From Vicugna vicugna (taxonomy: Eukaryota): 64,000 bases of DNA. Both the position numbers and the translations under genes were made by a program. The stretch lies in assembly GCA_013265495.1 (NCBI GenBank), contig MU057651.1, forward strand, positions 1,375,674 to 1,439,673, in the 5' to 3' direction. Below, in pieces: positions 13,491 through 26,429 of this stretch. Position 1 is the stretch's first letter. Each line of letters opens with the position of its first letter. The notes beneath the pieces were generated by a model that searched no databases, was not told where the DNA came from, and saw only the letters and a list, made by a program, of their open reading frames with translations.

Positions 13491-14269
13491 AAATCTACTG
13501 AACTTTGTGAGGATTCAATGAGATCAAGATCATCTTGTAAAACTCGTACCCAGTGCCTAGTTCATGGAAAGTGCACAATAAATGTTACTCTGTAAGATGC
13601 AGAATAGGGTATGTGAAATGTGCAGCGTGTGGATATACAGGCACTCATTCATTCAGCCCCAAAACATCAAGAACAGAAGAAAACCTCCTATTCTTGAGAC
13701 AGGCATGTAAACAGACACGTAAGAAGTTCAGCAACAGAGTACTTACAGAGGGCTGCCTGGAGGTGGCTGCTGAGGTGAGTTGTGAAGAAGGACTGCTTTC
13801 CAGGCCAACAAGCTAGAGATGGGCATTGCTGGCAGAAGTCATGGCATTTTCAAGAGCACAGAGGAATGAAAGTTGCACAGTAAACTCAGGGGACTCTAAG
13901 AATTTGGGCATCACCAGAGTGCGGAGTACCAGGACAGGAGGAGCATGAAGGGAAAGGGGTAGGGCCAGGTGACACAGATCTTTTGTGACCCTGGAATTCT
14001 GCACTGTGCTCTGGGGACAAGGGGGAGCCACTAAAGGTTTCCAAACAAGGAAATGCTATGACCCAATTTGGGCTTTAGAAAAAACTTTGGAAGCTGCAGG
14101 AATGGGCTGTTAGTGGCAGTTGGGGAGGCTGGAGGCAGATTGGCCACACAGGGCCAACTGTCATGGTGGCAGTAAGGTTGCTGCCCTCCAGATGGTGGAA
14201 AGGGGATAGACTTGCGAGCCATCTAGGAGGGAGGAGGAGGAGAACATGGTGATCTCTACACAGCACCGG

Positions 14270-15190
14270 CACGATGTTTTCCATGAATAGATCGGACCGT
14301 GCCGGACTATCTGATAAACAGTATTGGGACAAATAAGAAACCATCCGGAAATAAAGTTAGACCCTTTATCTCACATTGCATACCATGATAAAATCCAAGT
14401 GGAGAGAAGACGCAAAGGTATGTATGTATGTATAAATAAATATATCAATCAACCTACTAATATAGCAGAAGAAAATATGGGATTTATTTTTTATGACCTT
14501 GGAGTGGGGAAGGGCTTATCTGGCCATGACTCGCAGTTCGGAAGCCATAAAATAAAAGACTTAAATTACATAGAAATATAAACATCCTACCTGGCAAAAA
14601 TCAATCACAAGCCAAGTTAAAAACCAAGTGACAAAAAAAGTGGGGAAAATATCTGTAGCTCACATCACAAAGGGCTAACTCCTAATACCGATACAGAGCT
14701 CGTAGCACTCAACTTTGTAGAAAAGACCAACAACCAGAGGAGAATGAGCACGAGAGGAGCACAGAGCTCAAGGACAAGGAAACCAAATCCCAATTTCAAC
14801 ATGTAAAAAGAGGCTCAGCCTCACTCAAAATAAGAAATATAAATTAAAACGGAATCAATATACCATTATTTTTACCCACCAGATAGACAAAAATGTGGAA
14901 AGGTGGGAAATACACTGTTTTGGTGAGGCTGTGTGGAAACAGACACCCTTCCACGTTGCTAGGGAGCATTTAAATTGGTGTAACTTTCATGGGTTTGGAA
15001 ATATCCAGCAAAACTACAAACGTATATACTGTATGACTCAGCAATTCCACTTGGGGGGATTTCTCCTTTAGATACACTTGCACGTGGGCAAAACAGCATA
15101 GGTTCAAAGTCGTTCAGTGCAGTGTTATCCATATTAGCAAGAGATTGGAAATGGCCTGTCTACTAAGAGGAGACAGAATAAATAAATAAC
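14270..15190 (+). mobile_element. Old L1 (ORF2 3' part) remnant
   Basis: aagttagaccct.., atgaccttggagtgggga, cagcaattccactt motifs. Confidence 0.7.
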
Positions 15191-16321
15191 GGAAGAGTTG
15201 TAGCCATGTGTTTTGCCTAACAGCCATACCACTGAGTTCAAATCCTGGGTTGGCCACTTACTACTTGTGTCAGTTTCCTCGTCTGTAAACTGGAGGTAAC
15301 AGTGACACCTACTGAGAAGATCATGGGAGGGATTCGATGAATGAATGTGTGTGAAGAGCTTGAAACAAGCCTGGCAGCGCCATTAGTGCCACACAAAGTG
15401 TTGCTGTTTTGGTACACTGTATTTTCTCATCCACACGACAGACAGAACACATACTGCTGCGAAAACGAGCGAGGAAGCTTCCTAAGGGCTCACTTGGAAA
15501 GCTCTCTAAGAAACAGTGTGAAGCAAAGCAGTAACAGCCACCACCACAAAACAGTTGTGTGCTGCGCTATTTGGGGATGTGTGTCTTAAGAAGGAAGAAA
15601 ATATTTTAAAAATATATTTCTATATGCCAAAAAAAAAAAAAATCTGGGAGGATAGGGAGAAAACAAAAATGGTGGCTACTGTGGAGTTGTAGGGGGCGCT
15701 GTGTGGATGGCAGAAGGGGTGGGAAGGTGTTTTTTTTTTTCCCTTTTACAGAATGGCTTTTGTACCTTAGATTTTGAGCTATATAAATGAATTATACAAG
15801 AAAAGAACCAATAGGAAAAACCAGCTGATGGTACGCCCCTTCTTAAAGCTTTCACTGGTTTTCTGTAGCTAAGAATAAAGACCAAACCCTTGACCACAGA
15901 GCCCTCCGTATCTGAGCCGTGCCTGCCTCTCACACCAGTGTCATCTGCGCCCCCTCCTCCTTCTGGCACTTATGTCATTTTGTCCAGTTACAAGGGTTCA
16001 CCTCCCCTAATCCTACATTTGCCTAGTCAACTCCCACTCATCCTTCAGATCTCAGTTGAAATGTCACTTACTCAGAGAACTCTCCCCAGAACCTCCAAAA
16101 TAAGTCAGCCTGTTTGGCTCCAAGCTCTCATAAAAGCATGTTCTTCTCCTTCAGAGGATTCACCTCAGTCCTAATTACACCTGCATCTATGTGATCATTC
16201 AACTCACATCTGGTGCCCACACTACACTGGGAATTCTAAGGGGAGGGGTGAGCTCTGATTTTCACTCATCTGGGCACCCCAAGTGCCAGTGCAGAGCCCA
16301 GAAGAAAGAAGACACTCATGT

Positions 16322-16683
16322 TGCTGGGGTTTGAATCTTTGTGTCCCCTGAATTCATACAGTGACATTCTAGCCCCCAATGCGAAGGTACTGGGAGGTGG
16401 GGCCCTTGGGGGGTACTTAGGGCACAAGGATGGAGCCCACATGAATGGGGCAAGGATCTTATAAAAGCCACTCCAGAGGGATAACTTCATCCCTTCCAGC
16501 TCATGAGGGCTCAGCGAGAAGGGGTGGGCTGTGGACCAGGAAGAGGGGCGTCACAAAAAGGTGACAATGCTGGCAAGTGATTCTTGGACTTCCAGCCTCC
16601 AGAACCATAAGCAATACATTTCTGATGTTTATAAGCCACCCAGTTGGTGGTATTTCATTACAGCGTCCCAAGTGGATACAGAC
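16322..16683 (+). mobile_element. MLT1A-type MaLR LTR
   Basis: tgtgtcccctgaattcata...ttggacttccagcctccagaacc...tttataagccacccag. Confidence 0.8.
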
Positions 16684-16689
16684 CTATGT

Positions 16690-18560
16690 GTGAGATGAAT
16701 GGATGAAACAGATGCGGGGGGCAGGGGATGATTCCCATGTTCTAGCTGGGTGACTGGGTGGTACCATCTGTCAAAAGCCACAGGAGGAAAAAGTAAGTGT
16801 GATGAGGAAAAGGAGTGCACCTGGATCTGCTGGGTTGGGGTGTGCTCAGGACATTCAGGTGGAGATGTCTGAGCAAACCATATGAAACGGAAGCCCCTAA
16901 ATCTGGGCCGCAGGTGGTGACGTGGCAGCTATCAGAACACACACTGGTGGCTGCAGTGTGGAAGCACGTGAGACCAAGCCCAGAGGAGCAGAGAGGGAGC
17001 CCAGAACGCAACTCGGAAAGTCACCATCCCAGCGGAAAGAGGAAGGAGAACTCCTGCAGGGGACTTGGGAAGGCCTGGCCAGTGAGGTGGGCAAGCCAGG
17101 ACAGGGGGAGACACAGAGTCCTGAGAGCGGAACAGCCCAAAAAGGAGTGGTTCACAGCATCCCACATAGCACAGAGTGCGAGCAGGATAAAGCCCGAGAG
17201 GCAGTCATTAGATTTGGTCACGTAGGTGTTACTGGCGATCTTTAGAAGGGCTGTCTCTGTGAAGACGCGGGCAGTGCGGGTAGATGTCAGCAATGTCCTG
17301 ATAAAGGGATGGTATTTGAGAAGAGGGCTCATCAGATACAGACAAGCATCAAAGTTATGTCCTATTCATGAGGGGATTTCAAATGATAAACATTTCATTT
17401 TTAATTTAAAAGTTATATATGTATAGTGTATTAAACTAGATAACCAGAGAACTAAATTCAGGATTTCATGGAGACTATAAAGCTTCTCTTAAAAACAAAT
17501 ATATTTTCAGGAAAAAAAAATCAATATTTAATATTACATAGATAATACAGGTGGTTACATGGATAAGGCAGAAATTATCATGTTCAAAGAAGTGAAATTT
17601 AGGAAATATTGTTGGGACTATTTTTTTTAAGATGCTTAGCTGTGAAGGGAAGATGAAAGACAGAGTTGTGTGGAGTTGGACGAAGTTTTTCAGAATAGGG
17701 AAGACTTCTACATCCTGAAAAGCCAGGAGTGAAGAAGGAATTGAAGATCCAGGTAAACAGTGGACGAATTGATGGAATGAGGTTCCAGAGGAGGTGGAAG
17801 GGATGGGAGGTAACCACACCAGGGCCACGTTCGGGAGGAACACCACTTCCTCCAAAATGGGAGGGAGGAACGTAAGGATGGGTGCAAGCAGAGACACTTA
17901 TTGAGCGGAGAGAAGTAGCTGAAGGAATTCCCACCTGAGAATCTCTATTTTCTCAGGCACTTATTGGGAAAACATCTACTGAGAGTGGAGAGGACAGGAA
18001 GTTTGAAGAGACTGGACAGGAAATTTGGGAAGGCGGTAAAGCTTTAGCACATGATTTCTGAGAGCAATGTGTGGAGGGGCTGGTGAAAGACAGAAAACAA
18101 GTGTTGAGAACACAATTAGAATAGAGACCATGGAATTTCAGTGGCCCAAATCTGAATGACTTTAGAGATTTCCTCCAGTCGGCCAAGACTGGGCACAGCC
18201 ATTGGACACAAAAGTTCCAATAATTGGCCATAAAGGTACAAGCTAACTGGAAAAAAGAGGAGGTTGAAAGGAGTAGAGATCTGGGTCAAAGAAAGGGACA
18301 GATAGAGGCTATGATCTCAAATAGAGGCATTTTGGGGAAAGGAAGGAGACGAAGTCCAGGTGGCTGAAGAGAAGGCAATGCAGAAGTCACTGTAGTTAAG
18401 AAGCCCAGACCTTGTGGGACGAGTGGTCCTCACCGGAAGGCTCTCACGATGCTGGCTGGAGTTGCAATGAAAGTACTGAGAGAGCCACAGGCCAAAGGCA
18501 CCAAGGAATGCGGGGACAGTGACCAAGAAGTTAGGTGGTGGTGGTGGTGGTAATGGGAAA
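16690..18560 (-). mobile_element. L2 LINE remnant
   Basis: Antisense L2 motifs such as ggacattcaggtggagatgtc, cattagatttgg and tctattttctc. Confidence 0.65.
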
Positions 18561-19456
18561 AAAAAGTAAAGAGAATAGTAAAGGAGAAAGCACTCTCACA
18601 TAAGCTAGAGACAAAACAATGGTCTAGAAGAGACTGTGGAGAACCGGGGGCAGATGGGACTGAGCAGAGAGAGCAGCCCCCATTAGAGGGAGTTTCAAGG
18701 GACAGATAGGAGAACTCTGTGTTTTGTGAAGAGCTGGGGTGGTTATAAAAAATATAGTTCCAGGTGGCTAAAGCCAGAGTTGGGAGGAAAGGAAACAGAA
18801 ATAGAGCCAGGATGGAGGGAGAAAAGAGCAGTGAGGACAAGGGGGGTCATATTTACTATGGTGGCACCAGGGCTGCAGGAACGAGGGAGGAATGGGACTC
18901 CCTCTCAGCGCCACTCGGTCACCCCCAAACCACAAGAGAAGCAGAACCACGCCTTCCAGGGAAAAAAGGCTCCTGGGCCTGGTAGGTACTAAAGGAGAGC
19001 TATCTGGCCTTGTGTAAAAACTCTTGAGCCAGTTATTTCTGGAAAATTACAAGACTTGTAGGGAAGAGAAGCCCAAAATCCTCAGCTTTTTTGGTTTCCA
19101 GGGAATATTCTTCCCAATGTTTACTCCAGATCCACGCCCCCTCTGTGTGGAGGTCTGAAGGTGAAAGCAACCTCAGGAAATCCAGATTGTTTTCTCTAAA
19201 CGCTCACCATTTCCCCCAAGTGAACAGCAGGTGGCAGCAAAGACCCAGAAAGGAAGGTGAGACCAGCCAAGCGCCTAGAAATGGTGGAGGGAAGGTGAGC
19301 TAGGCTTCAGAAATGCCATCAAAGCTCTCACAGATGCCTCACACCTGTCTGTCTTCCCCCTCACACAGGGGCTCCCTGCGGAAGGGCTGGGCCTGCCTGG
19401 TTCAGCCTGGATTTCCTAGTACAAATGCTTGGCACACAATAGGTGCTAAACAAATC

Positions 19457-19765
19457 CAGGCAGACCTCGAAGATATCATGGGTTCGGTTCTAGACTGCTG
19501 CCATAAAGTGATGGTCACAATAAAGAAAGTCATATGAATTGTTTTGTTTCCCAGTGCATATCAAAGTTGTGTTTACACCATACTGTAGTCCATTAAGTGT
19601 GCAATAGCATTACATCTAACCACACAATGTACATATCTTCATTAGAAAATACTTCATTGCTAAAAAATGCTAACCATCCTCTGACAGTGCAGGGTTGCCA
19701 CAAACCTTTAATTTGTTTTACAAAAAATGCAATAAAGCAAAGTGCAGTGAAATGAGGTATGCCTG
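19457..19765 (+). mobile_element. Tigger1-derived non-autonomous DNA transposon
   Basis: TIRs caggcagacctc / gaggtatgcctg, with Tigger1 terminal sequence. Confidence 0.82.
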
Positions 19766-21687
19766 TCCGTGCTGAGTGACTGGCTGAAGCAGGACAGGTG
19801 GGAGGAGTCTTTTAGGACTGTGCGGTATGCGGAAAACTGCACTGACTTGCGAGAGAATCAAGGCCAGGCTTTGAATCCAAGCTGTGGGCAAGGTACCTAA
19901 CATTTCAGAGCCTTGATATTTTTCTTTCCTCCATTTAGAAGGAAGATTTTTCACCAGGTTAGCTGTGATGGGAAAGTACATAAAACATGCCGAGTACACA
20001 GAAAATAGTCAAGAAAAAGTAGGCATTGGCAGTCCCTGTGGTTGTCATTACTGTTACTATTATTAACAGCCTCTTTTCTGGGCCAGGCACCAGAGGAGAG
20101 GGGAGAGAGTCACTAACAGTAAAAACTAAATTGGAAGTAAGACTTGGAATCCCTACTTCGTTAGCTCAGCTCCTCCCAACAGTGCAGCAACAGATTCAGG
20201 AGAAGGCTGCCTGGAATTGGCCACTTCGAGACAGTGCAGCTTCCCAGACGGTGGGGTTTTTTGAGGAGGTGGGGGAGATGAAGGTTACTTGGCATTTTTC
20301 AAGTCAGACCAGTCTTGCTCATCTACCTGACAGATTTTTATGGCGGCTCAGAGCACAAATAGGTTTAACTAACAGCCGTACACACTTGGCAGGAACCTGC
20401 ATCGCACACCTCAGAAACCGGAACCACGGGTGCTGGGGGTCTGGAGTCTTGGGACAGCCGCCTGCCTGGCTCCCTTCAGAATGAGTGTATCTCCCAGACG
20501 TAAGTTATTAGGAAGCTATTTCCTGTGCCACAGGGGACAGACCTGAGAGATGTCACAAGTCTCCTGGATTTTGGAACATCTGACTTCTCTTAAAGCTCAG
20601 TGGGGAAGAGTGTGTTTAGAGCAAATTAGAAGGAAGTGCTCTTTGATGCTGTGAGACCAAGTGGCTGCACGGGGTAAAAACAGCCTCAAAGAATATTTAG
20701 ACATGTCCCAAGAAAGAGTTCTAATTGATAGAAACCAGGGACAAGGGCCAATCTCTTGACTGTAGGTAGAGAGACAGGAGAGCAACATGTTCCTGGGTTG
20801 ACTGGTCCTTGAGGCTACCTTATGCCAGAAGTTCTGAACATTTGCTAGAATTCCTGAGTTTGGGGTCCATGTGGCTTTATGTCATTTTTAATGTGAAGAA
20901 ATGAAACCCTTGCTGCCTGGGCTGAGGTGGGTCTTCCAGAAAAATCCCAGCGGCCCAGATAGAGAGGCTGGTGGCTAAGACCAGAAAAGTATGTCTTCCA
21001 GGTCTAGGGCCTTTCGGGAAGGTAAGAACACTGAGAAGCAGGGCTCTCACAACTAGCCTAGAAGGGACAGGAATGCACCTTCCCTTCTGTCTACTACACA
21101 ACAGAGGGAGGGAATCGTTTAAGGGTTGGTGGTCGCTCTCTCGTGACCAAATAAAGATTTTCGATGGTCTGTTTTACATGAAGGTCGCTGCTCTTTCACC
21201 TGCCTCTTTCCTCAATCCCATAATCCCACAGCTCCTGGACTCTCACCCCTTTCAATATCTTCTTTGGTTCTGAAAGGATGGATCTAATGAGCAAAAGCAC
21301 AAGGCCCTTCTCTTCTACCCTGTAATGCACAGAGCCCAGGGCAAGGCACAGGCAGGAGGGAGTGACAGAGTGTGGGGGGCTCTGTTCAAGCCTCATGCCA
21401 CCACCCACCACGGACGAAGAGCCCAGGGCCTAGGCACTAGGCCAGGCCATCAGCAGCCCCGAGCACCCCCGCACAAAGGATGGTCCTGAAAAGCCGCCAG
21501 GCTCTTTGTGGGCTCGTCCATACCCATTTTCCCACTGCCTGGTGTCTGGCATAAAACCCGCTGCAGAGATGCAGCTAGGCAGCAGCTCTAGATCCTGATA
21601 GGCACCCCAGAGGGTGTGACTCCCCCAGACAGCAGGGAGCGGCGAGAGGCGTGCAGGTGGCAAAGGGGTGTGGTTTGCTGACCTTAC

Positions 21688-21766
21688 CTCCTTTCCACAA
21701 CAGGTAGATGGGCACCACGTAGAGCATAACATGCTGAATGTAGTAAATCTCCAATTCAAAGGGGAG
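21688..21766 (-). CDS. TMEM164: TMEM164 internal coding exon (79 nt; probably exon 5)
   Basis: Minus strand: cctctctctcccctgtccttacAG acceptor, then [26 protein letters not shown]+G, then GTAAGG donor. Starts in phase 0 and continues ...NTRL/LPFELE... exactly as in TMEM164. Confidence 0.95.
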
Positions 21767-23489
21767 CTGTAAGGACAGGGGAGAGAGAGGGGGGTTTTAG
21801 AGCAGGAAGCACTCATTCCTAAGTGGAACACCCTTGCTCTCAGGGACTCCCACCTTAGCAACCCCCTGCACTTCGACCAACTCCCTTCACAATTAGAGCA
21901 AAAAGAATGGAATACTTAGGACCTAGGCCAGCATCTTCCCAAGAGTATTTTGCAGAGATGGTACTTGAAAAACGTTCCACTCAGAAAGTTTGGTTAAAAA
22001 TTTAAGAAATGTTACATACAGTCTATCCCCTTGGAGATTCACCATGTATATTAGTGGTAAATTAAGGACCTTTGCGGTCTCAACAAGTAAGAAGCCTGCT
22101 TAACATTATTTATCTAGTGTTTCTCAAACTTATTTAGCCAGTGCCTTGGTAAAAAAAAAAATAGCACTTAGTATCCTACAGAATATACTTGAAGAAACAC
22201 CACCTTATGTCACTTCCTGCTCCGGTGAGTAGGTGACGGATGACTTAAAAGCTTATTTTTCATCTGACGTGAAGAACATATGCGGTAGGATTTATTAGTC
22301 CCAATTTCCAGATTTAAAAAAAAATAGATTGCTAGGTTAGGTCTAGATCCAAGAATAAAGAGTTTCTCCACGGGATACTTGGGTTCAGTCCAGAGTTAGC
22401 CCGACTTTTGGGTGAAGACCAAGCGGCTGGGCCAATCATGGCAGGGCTTGCCAAAAAGAGCGCCCCCCTCCCCTTCCACCCAACACGCCCACTCATTCAC
22501 TCCTGTTTCCCCTCTCTCTTAAAAGTGGAAGGTCGAAATTACCAGAGCAGGGCAGTTTCCACCTGGCCTGGGGACCTTGCTATAGCAGTGTGGCCTGGCA
22601 GCGGGTGGAGAGTGGAAACAGCTGGACGGCTAACTCAGTTCCGGGAAAAGAACTTCAGCTGCTGGCGAGAGGCCTGGCCTCTGGGGCTTACATAGCCCTA
22701 CACACACACACACAGACACACACACACCCCCAGGGGAAGCCCAGAGAGACAAGGACACCCAGGACAAGGGTCAGCTGCCCCCCTGTGCCCTACCGGGTGA
22801 GCACAGAACCAAGCCTGTGAGCTCCTGAGAGAACACAGTTCTGGGCTTCCTGGCCCAGGAGCCCAAGCCTGCCTTGCGCCAAGAGCTGAAACCAAAAGAT
22901 GGCAGAGCTCCCAGAATGGGAGCTGGGATGACTGTGGACCTTGGACAGAGTCACTGGCTCTGGCTCTTGAAAATAAAAACTCACGCAGAAGGGAAATTTC
23001 CCACGGACCCAGATGACGCTCGACTATGCCCACAGAAGGAAATGTAAAATCCCAGGAAAATAAATGAGGTTCCAAGCGTCTCTGTAGACCTTGCGGAATA
23101 GCTAAAAGAGGTCACGAGGTTTCACAACGGGCATCGGCAGCAAGTCACTTTGAGCTCCCAGCCAGGTCCCAAAGCAGCACCTGTGCCGAACCCTCAGACT
23201 CCAGCAGCTATTGACCTACGTGGGCTCACAGGGCCCACTTGATCCTCCCTCCCTCCCAGCCCTCCTAGAAAGCAAACTCCCCACCTGCATGTCCAGGGAG
23301 GCAGTTCAGCATTGTGGCCACAAGCAAAGACTTGGGAGTCTGTGAAAATCCCTGTTCTAGATTTGATTCTGCCACTTAATAGCCCCGTGGCCTCAGGCAA
23401 GTCACTTAACCTCTCCACCCTAGTTGCGGCACCAGTAACATTCAAATAATTTTGTTATAAGATAGGGATCATTTTTTTAAAGTTTCACC

Positions 23490-23700
23490 ATCACAAACAT
23501 TTGTAGAGTACTCACTGTGTGCCAGGAACCAAGCACTTTAGTTAAAGTTCACCTGTAACTGTTCCAATTAACTCCATTTTAGAGATGAGAAACTGAGGCA
23601 CAGAGAAGTTAGATTAACTTACCCAAGGGCACACGACTCATTCGATGACAGAGCCAAGATTCTAACTCAGGCAGTCCAGCTCCAGTTTACAGCCTTTGTC
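23490..23700 (-). mobile_element. MIR SINE
   Basis: ccattttagagatgagaaactgaggcacagagaagtt core. Confidence 0.75.
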
Positions 23701-23757
23701 CGTACACTCCGCTACCCTACGCCCGGCTCCTTCCCTCCCGCAAAAGCCTGAGGCCTG

Positions 23758-23835
23758 GGAGATGCGCAGTGGGGACCCATCTCCACTGCGCATCTCCACT
23801 GCGCAAAGGAGATGCGCAATGGAGATGCGCAGTGG
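23758..23835. repeat. 13-bp-periodic TGCGCA inverted-repeat cluster in a CpG-rich patch
   Basis: TGCGCA at 23763, 23787, 23800, 23813 and 23826. The unit GGAGATGCGCAGT occurs in both orientations. Confidence 0.85.
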
Positions 23836-25099
23836 CGAGGAGCCCTAACAACGGGCGTGGTAATGGGCAGCAGGATTAGCAATCCTCTTCCACCTGGGGA
23901 CCAACAGCCCCCCACTCCCCGTTCCCATGTCCCCACCCTAACAGCCGGCTCCCTCTGCCCCACCGTGGCCCCAGGCCCTGCACCACACAGTCACCAAGCC
24001 TGGCCCGCAGTACAGGCCTCCCAGCTCCCGCTGGGGTTCTAGACACCTCCTGCACAGATCTCAGCAGGGGTGGCCAGGAGACTGCCTCCGAGACAGTGCC
24101 CTTCCTCTGAGGGCTTACTCGCCGCCTATTCCAAGAGTTCCCTACCTCGGTAGGTCACAGAGAGTGTTCCACTAGGTGTGGGCAGCGCTGACAGCCAGGG
24201 CCAGGGAGGAGAAAGTGTGGGAAAACAGGGAGAGGAAGTGAAGGGGTTGCAAGAGAAGGGGGCAACAACAACAACAAAAAATCCCCACAAGTGGCAGGAA
24301 GAAGGGAGCTGAATGCGAGCAAGAACCTACCAGTGGTCATTTAGTAACAAAGAATATTTAGTAAGTACTTCGGCACCAGGCTCTGCATTACTTTCACGTT
24401 AAATACTTTCAAGTGTGTTAGCTCACTTAATGATTGCAAGGTTCCTGTGAAGCAGGGACTATGATCATCCCCATTTAACAGATATGGAAAGCAAGGCACA
24501 GATATGTGGAATAACATCCAAAGAAGAAACGGCAGGGAAGAGATATGGGGGTAAAGGACATCCAGCAACAGAGCAGAAAAAAAAAAAAGCAGCTTTCTTT
24601 ACCGAGCCCTGAATCTGGGCTGAGTCCCAAGAACTTTCTCTCCCCATCCTCTTTTCCCCATTTTATAAATGCTATCTGTAAAATGTCGTTCTTCCCCACT
24701 CCCCAAAGAAGTTCTCCTTGGCTAACTCATCTCTCGTACAGAACTCACATCTGGAACTCCACTCTAATGTACATATCCGGGCTCCTTTTCAGCTGGAGGA
24801 TTCCCGAGGCTTTAGACAAAAAGTCCTACATCACTGCAATTGAAAGCCAAAGCAATAAAAAATGCTTTAAGCGACATAGGTCATAACTTCCTTCTCACGT
24901 CCAAGTTAACATCTTTTTTTGGAATCAGAACAGACTGGTAAAGGTCTCTAGGCCTCTGGAGTCAGACGGCCTGAAACATGAGGTGCGCGGGGTCCTTCTG
25001 GGGCAGGACCCCAGGCCTCCTTCCTCCCAGCCCTCCACCTTGACAGCCGCACCACCACTCTGCCACGGAGACCACCGATCCCAGTGGGCCCCGCATCCC

Positions 25100-26245
25100 T
25101 GGTGACTCCAGTCACCCTAAGAAACCCAAGAGTCCCAGGTCACCACCCAGTACAGAAACTCTAATCATCCCAATGCTGAAAACCCTTCCAGCTCCATCCT
25201 CTGGAACCCACTGACCATCATTAGCGAAATCCCCTCTATCTTCAAACTCTTCTCTGAAACATCTCTTCACCTTCTTACTTTGACAAAACCCCGGTCCCCT
25301 CTCTGAGGACACTGCTATCCCTACAGCCCTCTCAAGTTGTGGGTGGTTTGCCTCCCCTGTCGTCTTGTTCCACTGGGCCAAGAGGGGACCTGTCTGCTCT
25401 TCACTGCTGCTTCGAAACTTCTGTCTCCTCCAGAACATTCTCTTGGCCCCCTTCCTAGCCACTCCCCTGATCTGAAAGTCATGTCACCCAGTCTACCACC
25501 CACTACTCTTTTTGTCCCACTTAACTACAGATCCTCCCTGTCACTGCTTTCCAACATACCTTTGTCAAAATTCCTATGTCTTCAGCATTTAGCAATACTC
25601 TAGTCTCTCAATGTCTTGACCTCCTTTTCCCTCAAGATCTCACCTCCATCTCACTTCAGCCCTTTATTCCCAGGATCACACCTGTCACTACCAGCACCTA
25701 CAACCCTTCCATAAACCATCACGCACCCCACTCTCCAACCACCACCAGCCAACCACCACCTACCAACTCACCAGAGCCTCCTTATACCCCAACCCGAGCA
25801 ATCCTCCAACTTCACTGAGACCTCCACCTCTTGATCACTGCCCTCACCAACCTGACATCCTCATTTCTGTGCCTGCCCATTACTCCCTTCCATACAGTCT
25901 CAACTCTCCTTACACTCTCCCTTTTTCCTCCTTGTCTCCAAAAACCATATTCCTTGTTAAATCGAACTCTCTCCCTTCATGCCCCTCTACCACGCAATTA
26001 AGTACAGCTGGAGAAAAAGATAAGCCTGTGCTGTTAATCCTTTAAATTCATGACTGCAAATTGTGAGTGGGCCCTTAATGCAACTCAGTCCATTCACTCT
26101 TCTCGCTCCGACTATTCCTCTATTTCACAACTTCTCCTGGGTTTCTCAAACTTTCCCCCATCCGCCCTCTCAGCTGGTGCTATGACTTTCTATTTCTTTC
26201 GGGGAAAGGGAGCAATCAGAAGAAAACCGATGCCCCTCTTCCCCA
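25100..26245 (+). mobile_element. L2 LINE remnant
   Basis: tctttaaattcatgact...gtgggcccttaatgc; ctctcagctg...gagcaatcagaaga, homologous to the 2390-2630 L2 segment. Confidence 0.7.
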
Positions 26246-26380
26246 CCTGCTGAGAGTCACTGGAGAGGCTAAAACAGGTCTTCATGATCAGGTCAACTTC
26301 GATGCGTTCAGTGTCATAATACGCATATTTCACTGTCAGCGGTGTGAACATCACCCCCATGGTCCTCCCAGGAACACCCA
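26241..26380 (-). pseudogene. EIF3F: EIF3F internal cDNA fragment
   Basis: Translates [46 protein letters not shown]. This matches mammalian eIF3f (..[29 protein letters not shown]) with a 6-codon in-frame deletion. No poly(A) or TSD seen. Confidence 0.88.
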
Positions 26381-26429
26381 CTGACCATCATACGGCCCTA
26401 TGTCAGAACTTGTGTGTGGCCAGTGTGAG

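Noticed and set aside
20480..20506. Possible plus-strand microexon (cttcag...gtaagt)
   Set aside because: Antisense to the host gene with no partner exons; such motifs arise by chance.
21430..21861. 143-aa minus-strand ORF over the exon
   Set aside because: It is a different frame from the TMEM164 reading frame and has no recognisable product.
26190..26381. 63-aa ORF as a functional EIF3F exon
   Set aside because: No flanking splice signals, an internal deletion, a GTG start, and it reads into L2.
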